DNA from: an uncultured Chloroflexia bacterium
GTDB taxonomy: Bacteria > Chloroflexota > Ktedonobacteria > Ktedonobacterales > JADMIN01
Length of the DNA: 32,000 nt
Assembly (NCBI GenBank): GCA_963718915.1
Contig: CAVRAI010000013.1
Coordinates: 240,001 to 272,000, forward strand
Direction of reading: 5' to 3'
The translations under genes and the position numbers were made by a program. Every line of letters starts with the position of its first letter. Positions within the stretch are counted from its first letter, which is position 1. The notes beneath the pieces were generated by a model. The model saw only the letters and a list, made by a program, of their open reading frames with translations. It was not told where the DNA came from and made no database searches. Of this stretch, positions 26,320 to 32,000 are shown piece after piece.

Positions 26320-26398
26320 GAACCAGCAAGCGGCATTCTCGGCGAGCCAAACATCCAGTCCACAGGACCAGCGCTTTCGCGCGCGGGAGGGACAGCAC

Positions 26399-27490
26399 AT
26401 GGCGGAAACGACACAACTGCGGGTCTTTGTCAGCCACAGCCATGAGGATGACGCTTTCTGTCGCACGGTCGTCCAGGCGCTGCGCGAGGCGGGCGCGGAC
26501 GTCTGGTACGACGAGCACAACCTGGGCTCGGGCCAACTGATGTCGGTAATCCAGCGCGAGCTGAGCCGCCCGGTCTTCATCGTCATCCTCTCGAAGTCTG
26601 CCTTCGCCTCCCGCTGGGTCAAGCGCGAGACCACCTGGGCGTATGAGATGTACGACCGCGACCCCTCGCGCCTCATCCTGCCTGTCACCGCCGGGCAGAT
26701 CGAGCGGGACGACTTCAGCCCGCAGAACGAGTGGCTCTTCCTGCACGACTTCAAGCGCGTCGAGGCTCCCGGCTTCGCACCCTTTGCGCCGGATGAGGCG
26801 GCCAACCGCCTGCTGCGCGCCCTCGGCCTGACCCCAGCGGGCGAGGCGCCCGCGCCCATCGCCCCACAGCCCACGGAGGATGTGGATGACCTGCTGACCC
26901 GTGGCAAGGCGCTAATCGCGCAAGATAAATACGCCGAGGCGCTGCCGCTCTTCGAACGCGCCAGCCAGCTCGCCCCCAGCTCGTTCGACGCCTGGGCTAA
27001 CCTGGGCTACGTTCTCGGTGAATTGGGACGCTATCAGGAGGCGCTGGCCGCCGATGAGCGCGCCCTCGGCCTCGACGATCAGCAGGCGTGGGTCTGGAAC
27101 TGCAAGGGGAAAGCGCTGGATGGGCTGGGACGCTATCAAGAGGAGTTGGTCGCCCTTGACCGGGCGCTGGCCCTCGACTCCAACTACGCGATAGCCTGGA
27201 ACAACAAGGGCACCGCGTTCAACGGGCTGAAGCGCTCCGACGAGGCGCTGGCCGCCTACGACCGGGCGCTGGCCCTCGACCCCGACTACGCACTGGCCTG
27301 GAACAACAAGGGCAACGCGCTCTGGGGGATGAAGCGCTTTGCCGATGCCGTCGTCGCCTATGACCGGGCGCTGGCCCTCGACCCAAACCTCGCCCAAGCC
27401 TGGAACAACAAGGCGATCAGCCTGCGCGCGCTGGGGCGGACCGCCGAGGCGGAGGCGGCGGAGCAGCGGGCGAAGGCGCTGGGCGGGTAG
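26399..27490 (+). CDS. TIR domain - TPR repeat protein (363 aa)
   Basis: ATG 26399 has GGGAGGG 7 nt upstream. The N-terminus carries RVFVSHSHEDD...VWYDEH...FIVILSKSAFASRWVKRE, a bacterial TIR_2-like pattern. A Pro/Ala linker follows, then six 34-aa TPRs (AWNNKGNAL...ALAAYDRALALDP). Confidence 0.85.
   Translation: MAETTQLRVFVSHSHEDDAFCRTVVQALREAGADVWYDEHNLGSGQLMSVIQRELSRPVFIVILSKSAFASRWVKRETTWAYEMYDRDPSRLILPVTAGQIERDDFSPQNEWLFLHDFKRVEAPGFAPFAPDEAANRLLRALGLTPAGEAPAPIAPQPTEDVDDLLTRGKALIAQDKYAEALPLFERASQLAPSSFDAWANLGYVLGELGRYQEALAADERALGLDDQQAWVWNCKGKALDGLGRYQEELVALDRALALDSNYAIAWNNKGTAFNGLKRSDEALAAYDRALALDPDYALAWNNKGNALWGMKRFADAVVAYDRALALDPNLAQAWNNKAISLRALGRTAEAEAAEQRAKALGG
27089..27487 (+). repeat. 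102-bp periodic coding repeats (TPR units 3-6)
   Basis: GACCGGGCGCTGGCCCTCGAC recurs at 27158, 27260 and 27362, and GCCTGGAACAACAAGG recurs with the same 102-bp period. The repeats are in frame within the TIR-TPR CDS. Confidence 0.9.
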
Positions 27491-27538
27491 GGGTAGCGGC
27501 TGGCGACTGAAGTCGCGCCTGAAGGGCCTGCGGCCACC

Positions 27539-27558
27539 AAGTCCGCCTGCGCGGACTT
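27539..27558 (+). terminator. Stem-loop downstream of the TIR-TPR gene
   Basis: AAGTCCGC, loop ctgc, then GCGGACTT form a perfect 8-bp stem 49 nt after the stop. There is no U-tract, so terminator function is uncertain. Confidence 0.3.
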
Positions 27559-27688
27559 CCCAGCACCAGACGCTGCCTGACGAGATGCCCGGTCGAGAGC
27601 AGGTCTGCGCAACCCGCGACGGTGGGTTTTGTGGCAGAGTGCAGCGAGGCCGTTCAGGCGCGGTTTTAACCGCCCGCATGTTCATCGT

Positions 27689-27720
27689 CCTCATCGCCTA
27701 CCTCATCGCCTACCTCGTCG
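27689..27720. repeat. 12-bp tandem repeat (about 2.7 copies)
   Basis: CCTCATCGCCTA occurs twice in perfect copies (27689-27712), followed by the partial copy CCTCGTCG. Confidence 0.85.
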
Positions 27721-27802
27721 TCAGGCATCGCCTGCCAGCACACCTTGCAGCGCGGCCATCCGTCGCCATCGCGGGCCGCGCCATACTCATGCGCCCCACC
27801 TG

Positions 27803-28276
27803 TCATCGGGCAGACGCCGCCAACAACCCACGGTCACACCGAAGGTGGCCATCTTCGTGGATGTTGGCCACCTTCGGTGTGACCGTCTCCTCATCAACCC
27901 ACTCAAGGGTCTCATCGTCTGGGAGCGTCCAGCTCCATCCCTCTTCGTAGCCGACCTTGATGGAGGGAATCCGCAACTTGCGCTTGCTCCGCCTGAGGCT
28001 GCGCTCGCTAATACCCCAGACCTTGGCGCGTTCTTGAATCAGCCGCTCCGGTTGCGGACCACCCGCGAGGATATCGGTGAGAAACGTGCCAGCGCGCGCC
28101 ACCGCCCGCCGCAACTGCGACCCCCCGACCGTCCACGGCACGCCATCGGTTTCCCAGCGCACCACCTCCCCGCTGGGATGGAGAGACGGCGGCGCGATGG
28201 TCTGGCAGCCCGTCGAGCGCAATTCGATGAGCATGGCGCTGTGGCGGGTGGGGACCCTCTCCCGGCCTTCGGCCAC
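27803..28276 (-). pseudogene. Truncated bifunctional primase-polymerase (Prim-Pol) like gene remnant
   Basis: IELRSTGCQTIAPPSLHPSGEVVRWE matches only the distal part of the Prim-Pol domain (G-x-D/E-x-R...GGY-x-x-x-PPS-x-HP-x-G-x-x-Y/W). AKVWGISERSLRRSKRKLRIPSIKVGYEEGWSWTLP follows and is HTH-like. The N-terminal catalytic part is absent, and the ORF start lies inside a GC-rich repeat. Confidence 0.5.
27831..27885. repeat. Perfect 21-bp inverted repeat with 13-nt spacer
   Basis: CGGTCACACCGAAGGTGGCCA (27831-27851) and TGGCCACCTTCGGTGTGACCG (27865-27885) are exact reverse complements. Confidence 0.95.
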
Positions 28277-28364
28277 CCTCCCCTGCGAGGGGAGGGACTA
28301 GGCGAACAAAAGCGGCCACCTGGCTGCCCTCCCTCTTTCGGGGAAGGGGTTGGGGGAGAGGGTC
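28253..28364. repeat. GC-rich nested inverted-repeat element (two inverted ~45-bp copies)
   Basis: The outer arms are GACCCTCTCCC (28253-28263) and GGGAGAGGGTC (28354-28364). An inner perfect hairpin is CCCTCCCCT-gcg-AGGGGAGGG (28276-28296). An imperfect counterpart lies at 28327-28348. Confidence 0.7.
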
Positions 28365-28369
28365 TCTCC

Positions 28370-28450
28370 GAGCTGCCGCTGAAGCAGTACGGTCATGCGG
28401 TGGACGCCACCCGCTACACGCTGCATACCGCGCTGGGTCGAGCTGTACCT
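28370..28450 (+). pseudogene. Possible tyrosine-recombinase C-terminal fragment
   Basis: ELPLKQYGHAVDATRYTLHTALGR resembles the integrase box II region (LGH-x5/6-T-x-x-Y-x-H, with the catalytic Tyr). It reads toward the tRNA 3' end about 60 nt away. Nothing integrase-like lies upstream. Confidence 0.3.
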
Positions 28451-28512
28451 CACACGGCGGGGCGAGTAAGAATGCTCTGTAGGGATAAGACAAGAGGAAG
28501 TGGAGCAAATAT

Positions 28513-28587
28513 TGGTGAGACCGGTGGGATTCGAACCCACGACACGAGGCTTAAAAGGCCCCTGCTCTGCCCCTGAGCTACGGTCCC
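28513..28587 (-). tRNA. tRNA-Lys (anticodon UUU)
   Basis: The 75-nt cloverleaf was folded by hand. The acceptor stem is GGGACCG/CGGTCTC with one G-U pair. The D arm is GCTC-AGGGGCA-GAGC. The anticodon arm is GGGGC-CTTTTAA-GCCTC and the variable loop is GTGTC. The T arm is GTGGG-TTCGAAT-CCCAC. The discriminator is A and CCA is encoded. Confidence 0.93.
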
Positions 28588-28845
28588 GCATGTCATGGCG
28601 CACGCGCACAACGGGTAGCATAACACGCCGCCCGCCGGGCCGCAAGGCCCGCGCGCAACATGCCGCTTGCTCTGCGCGCTGTGATACACTGAGACACCGA
28701 CCATAGACGCCCGCCAGCCACAGACAGCGATGGCGGGATAGGGCGCGTAACACATCCAACGCGATAGCAGACAATGCGTATATCATATAGCTAGCGTCTG
28801 GCATCGAGCCAGAGCTTTGCCCCACGCATAAGGAGACGTTTCAGC

Positions 28846-29883
28846 ATGGGATTCTTTGGACATTCACGAGACGAACAGCGCGCGTCCGCGACGCCACCCG
28901 CACAGGACGTTGCCGCCCTGGACGCCTATTCCAAAAGCATTATCACTGTCGTCGAAAACGTGGGGTCCGCCGTCGTACAGATCGGCGTCACCAAGGTCGT
29001 TGGCGCCTCAGGGTTCGGCGGTGGCCAGCTCGCCCAGGGCGCTGGATCGGGCGTCATCTTCGCACCCGACGGCTACATCCTGACGAATAGCCATGTTGTC
29101 GATGGCGCGCGCCAGGTGATGGTGACACTGGCCGATGGGCATGACGTGCGCGGCGATGTGGTCGGGCAGGATACCGATACCGATGTCGCCGTCGTCCGCA
29201 TCTCAGCGCCTGAGGGGATCACCCTCCAGGCGGCAAAGCTTGGCGACTCCGATAAGCTCAAGGTCGGGCAACTCGTCGTCGCGATTGGCAGCCCGGTTGG
29301 CCTGCAAAGCACCGTGACCGCTGGCATCGTCAGCGCCCTCCACCGCACCCTGCCTGGCTACGGCGGACAATTGATCGAAGATATCATCCAGACCGACGCC
29401 GCCGTCAATCCCGGCAACTCCGGCGGGCCACTGGTCGACTCGTCTGGCGCGGTCATCGGTATCAACGTGGCCGTCGTTCAGCAGGCGCAGGGTCTCTCGT
29501 TCGCCATTCCCATCAATACGGTCAACTGGGTCGCGGCCCGGCTGATGAAAGACGGCGAGGTGCGTCGTCCCATGATGGGCGTCGCCCTGCAATCTGGCAT
29601 GCTCGCACGCTCAGTCCGTAACAAATTCCATATCGAGAAAGAGATGGCCGTTCGGGTCATGGAGGTGGTCATTGGCGGCCCGGCACAGCGCGCGGGCATT
29701 CAACCAGGCGACATCATCTTTAAACTGGACAATCATAACGTGGGCACCGCGATCGATGTGCGCCACCACCTGGAGCGGCTGCACGACGGCGCCGAGGTGC
29801 GCGTCGGGCTGATCCGGCTCACCAACAACGGTCCACAGGAAACCGAGGCGAAGGTGACGATTCGCGTCGTCACCAAACGCTAG
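28846..29883 (+). CDS. HtrA/DegP-family serine protease (S1C) with C-terminal PDZ domain
   Basis: AAGGAG lies 9 nt upstream of the ATG. The catalytic triad contexts are ILTNSHVV (His), DTDVAVVRI (Asp) and NPGNSGGPLV (Ser). The PDZ-like C-terminus contains GGPAQRAGIQPGDIIFKLD. Confidence 0.9.
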   Translation: MGFFGHSRDEQRASATPPAQDVAALDAYSKSIITVVENVGSAVVQIGVTKVVGASGFGGGQLAQGAGSGVIFAPDGYILTNSHVVDGARQVMVTLADGHDVRGDVVGQDTDTDVAVVRISAPEGITLQAAKLGDSDKLKVGQLVVAIGSPVGLQSTVTAGIVSALHRTLPGYGGQLIEDIIQTDAAVNPGNSGGPLVDSSGAVIGINVAVVQQAQGLSFAIPINTVNWVAARLMKDGEVRRPMMGVALQSGMLARSVRNKFHIEKEMAVRVMEVVIGGPAQRAGIQPGDIIFKLDNHNVGTAIDVRHHLERLHDGAEVRVGLIRLTNNGPQETEAKVTIRVVTKR

Positions 29884-29887
29884 CTCC

Positions 29888-31087
29888 CTAGGGCACATCG
29901 ATGGCGATGTCATAGGTGAAGTAGCGGCGCACCTGGCGATAGACGTCGGCATGCGGCGGGGCGGGCGGCTCCATGCCCGTGTAATGCGGCCACGCGGTGA
30001 TGCGCCACTGCTCCAGCGCGATCCGCCGGGTCGCCTGCCACTGTTCCGCCGCCTCCACAATCTGTCGCTCCGCCGCGCGCCCACCGAACGAGACCAGCAT
30101 CGGCAGGCGTGCGGCAAAGATGCACAGCGAGGGTCCATCCGCGCCCTCAGCATAGACACCGTAACGAATCCGCGGGCGCACAAACGAGCGGCGATGAGCA
30201 TCGGGGCCAAGGATCACCAACCGCATGCCTCGCAGCCCCATCCAATGCACCAGGCTGGGATCAGTCTTGAAGTGCAACGTGCGCCGTGGATGGGCAGCCA
30301 GCAGCGCCCTGACTGGCTCGGCGAGAAGCTCGGCATCCTCGCTGCCCAGGCTCAATCCATTGCCCAGCGGAATCCATTGCATCGCGCTCTTCTCGGCGCC
30401 ACGCAGCCGCATGAAGCCACACGGCGCCAATGACTCGCTGTATAACGCCTCGGCATGCTTGCGGAACGCGACACTGGCATCCGACATCCCCAGCCAGAGC
30501 GGCAGCGTCAAGAGTCCACCATCGGCGAGCTGCTCGAACCACGCGGGGGTCACATCCGTCGCGCCCACCGTCAGTTCGATCCGGTCGTAGGGCGCGTCTT
30601 CGGCCCAGCCTGCCGCCCCATCCGCCGTCACCACTTGTACGCGGCCATATCCGGCGACAGCCAGATGCGCGCGAGCCTCAGCAGCGATCTCCTCGCCAAT
30701 GTCCACCGTGGTGACATGGCCCGCTGGCCCGGTGAGTTCCGCCAGCAACGCCGCGTTATAGCCCGTGCCCGCGCCAATCTCCAGCACGCGCATACCCGGC
30801 TCGATGCCAAGCTGCTGGAGCATGATGGCGACAATCGCTGGCTGCGAGGCCGAGCTAATCGGCTGGCCGTCCTCCTCGTGGGTGAGGATGGCGTTGTCAC
30901 TGTAGGCCGCTGCGAGCGGCGCGTCTGGCAGAAAGAGGTGGCGCGGAACCGTATTCAGCGCGCGCTCAACCGCCTCGTCGCGCAGCACGCCATCGCGCCG
31001 CAGCTTCTCGACCAGCGCCTGGCGTAGCTCCTCTGGCGTCACATTATTCGCGTTATTCGCGTTATTCGATTCGGTCGGTGCGGACAT
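29888..31087 (-). CDS. PIMT-like (protein-L-isoaspartate O-methyltransferase fold) methyltransferase with ~200-aa C-terminal extension
   Basis: ATG 31087 has GGAG 7 nt upstream. VPRHLFLP, MRVLEIGAGTGYNAALLAEL (SAM motif I) and APYDRIELTVGA fall in the first ~200 aa. About 200 aa of unassigned domain follow. Confidence 0.75.
   Translation of the reverse strand: MSAPTESNNANNANNVTPEELRQALVEKLRRDGVLRDEAVERALNTVPRHLFLPDAPLAAAYSDNAILTHEEDGQPISSASQPAIVAIMLQQLGIEPGMRVLEIGAGTGYNAALLAELTGPAGHVTTVDIGEEIAAEARAHLAVAGYGRVQVVTADGAAGWAEDAPYDRIELTVGATDVTPAWFEQLADGGLLTLPLWLGMSDASVAFRKHAEALYSESLAPCGFMRLRGAEKSAMQWIPLGNGLSLGSEDAELLAEPVRALLAAHPRRTLHFKTDPSLVHWMGLRGMRLVILGPDAHRRSFVRPRIRYGVYAEGADGPSLCIFAARLPMLVSFGGRAAERQIVEAAEQWQATRRIALEQWRITAWPHYTGMEPPAPPHADVYRQVRRYFTYDIAIDVP
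31044..31070. repeat. 9-bp tandem repeat (about 3 copies) at the purL stop / methyltransferase N-terminus
   Basis: TTATTCGCG occurs twice and is followed by TTATTCGAT. The repeat encodes NNANNANN in the methyltransferase frame. Confidence 0.85.
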
Positions 31088-32000
31088 GCGCCTGCTCCGC
31101 TTCAGGTGTGTCGCCCACCTGCCGGAATCCCTGCCGCCAGGCGGCATACATCTCGTCAATGGTGGCATCGAGTAGCGGCGGGAACGCAAGCCGGTCGCCT
31201 CCGACAACGCCCAGGCGCGTCAACAGCATGCCATGTGACTCCGCCAGCTCGCTGAGCGCGTCCCAGTTCTCCGGCGCGGCGGAAAGCACAATGCGCGAAG
31301 GCGCCTCGCCAAAGAGCAGCGCCGTCGCCGCCAGCGGATCGCCCGTCAGCTGCTCGGGCAGTTGCAGCTCGCCGCGCATCCCCAGGCCCGACCAGATACA
31401 GCACTCCGCCAGCGCCACTCCCAGGCCGCCATCCGAGCAATCATGGGCGCTCTGGAGCAGACCCGCGGCGCACGCGGCCAACACCACCTGCTGCACCGCG
31501 CGCTCCACTTCCAGATCGAGCTGTGGCGGACGGCCTGCCCGCGTCGCATGAAGCTCTGCCAGGTAGCTGCTGCCACCGAGGGTATCGGGCGTCACCGCCC
31601 AAGGCCCCAGCACGCCCACGATGGCTCCGTCGGCCTGGAACGCGCTCGGCGTCGGCTCGCGTCCCTCCAGCAAACCCACCATGCCCACGACCGGCGTTGG
31701 GTAGATCGCCTTGCCGAAGCTCTCGTTGTAGAGGCTGACATTGCCGGAGATCACCGGGGTTTCGAGGATACGGGCGGCGGCGGCCATGCCATCAATCGCC
31801 CGCGACAACTGATAATAGACCGTTAGTTTTTCGGGGTTGCCGAAGTTGAGGCAATTGGTCAGCGCAAGCGGCGTCGCTCCTGTGCAGACGATGTTGCGGG
31901 CGGCCTCGGCGACGGCCAGCGCCCCACCGTTGAATGGGTCGAGCCAGGTCAGACGTCCGTTGCCATCCGTCGTAAGCGCCAGATATTTGCCCGTCTCGCG
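31062..32000 (-). CDS. purL: Phosphoribosylformylglycinamidine synthase subunit PurL (5' end outside window)
   Basis: The ORF is open to the window end (313 codons in frame). LTNCLNFGNPEK...AIDGMAAAARILETPVISGNVSLYNE...IYPTPVVGMVG is typical of the PurL C-terminal half. Confidence 0.85.
   Translation of the reverse strand, partial: RETGKYLALTTDGNGRLTWLDPFNGGALAVAEAARNIVCTGATPLALTNCLNFGNPEKLTVYYQLSRAIDGMAAAARILETPVISGNVSLYNESFGKAIYPTPVVGMVGLLEGREPTPSAFQADGAIVGVLGPWAVTPDTLGGSSYLAELHATRAGRPPQLDLEVERAVQQVVLAACAAGLLQSAHDCSDGGLGVALAECCIWSGLGMRGELQLPEQLTGDPLAATALLFGEAPSRIVLSAAPENWDALSELAESHGMLLTRLGVVGGDRLAFPPLLDATIDEMYAAWRQGFRQVGDTPEAEQAHVRTDRIE

Larger units (their letters stand above)
27666..28512. 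mobile_element. Decayed integrative-element remnant adjoining the 3' end of tRNA-Lys
   Basis: The region contains a truncated Prim-Pol ORF, an integrase-like C-terminal fragment reading toward the tRNA, palindromic repeats, and no intact gene. The left boundary is not defined. Confidence 0.45.

Noticed and set aside
26318-26398. Upstream ATG (26318) as the start of the TIR-TPR protein, and TTG 25152 as the start of add
   Set aside because: Both candidate codons overlap or abut the extended -10 elements and lack an SD. The downstream starts (ATG 26399, GTG 25212) have strong SD sequences at proper spacing and give family-typical N-termini.
27089-27487. Regularly spaced 21-bp repeats that could superficially resemble a CRISPR array
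   Set aside because: The period is 102 bp (34 codons). The repeats are in frame within a CDS and encode consecutive TPR units. There are no unique spacers and no cas genes.
27617-27650. Possible distal att repeat: GACGGTGGGTTTTG...GCAGCGAGGC resembles the tRNA 3' part GACCGGTGGGATTCG...ACACGAGGC
   Set aside because: Only about two thirds of positions match over ~34 nt, with gaps, and the middle is unrelated. This is within chance for a GC-rich 32-kb window, so it cannot be used to set the element boundary.
26912-27694. 260-aa minus-strand ORF antisense to the TIR-TPR gene
   Set aside because: It is an Arg/Pro/Gly-rich shadow ORF produced by the GC-rich, repetitive TPR coding sequence on the opposite strand. 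It has no RBS and no recognisable motif.
28370-28450. Alternative reading of GHAVDATRYTL as the C-terminal D-x-x-D-A-x-R-Y motif of a phage terminase large subunit
   Set aside because: The position directly next to the tRNA 3' end and the orientation toward it fit an integrase C-terminus better. The fragment is too short to decide, so it is kept only as a low-confidence integrase fragment.
27629-28576. 315-aa plus-strand ORF spanning the element remnant and running through the tRNA gene
   Set aside because: Its composition (Arg/Pro/His runs) is typical of antisense GC-rich sequence. It reads through the palindromes and the tRNA. Only its last ~27 codons before the tRNA look meaningful and are reported separately as a possible integrase fragment.
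28298-28825. 175-aa minus-strand ORF overlapping tRNA-Lys
   Set aside because: It overlaps the whole tRNA gene and its promoter region and has no protein-family features.

Overview
GC-rich, densely coding bacterial chromosomal segment with about 22 protein genes and one tRNA. Most long antisense ORFs in the six-frame track are GC shadows. All identifications come from motif recognition by eye; no database or HMM search was run. Left to right the window holds: the 3' part of an FtsX/MacB-type ABC permease; a five-gene minus-strand envelope-glycan operon (UDP-xylose synthase, Wzy_C/O-antigen-ligase-like membrane protein, two GT4 glycosyltransferases, a PHP phosphoesterase); a class A PBP with a ~200-aa acidic N-terminal tail; a DUF151 nuclease; lexA with a perfect Gram-positive-type SOS box; dedA; polA, whose inter-domain insert carries a QLSLF clamp-binding-like motif; a zinc-ribbon membrane protein; a MoxR-DUF58-transglutaminase (TgpA-like) operon, whose last gene is split by an apparent frameshift and which may begin with an unannotated small ORF; an M24 aminopeptidase; an APH-family kinase; adenosine deaminase; a stand-alone TIR-TPR protein; a decayed integrative-element remnant (Prim-Pol and integrase fragments, palindromic repeats) abutting tRNA-Lys(UUU); an HtrA protease; a PIMT-like methyltransferase with a long C-terminal extension; and the 3' part of purL. 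The most accessory-looking and most interesting stretch is 26.3-28.6 kb, where a TIR-TPR candidate NADase sensor sits at the edge of the tRNA-linked remnant. Lineage guess (unverified inference): a Terrabacteria member, possibly Chloroflexota-like.
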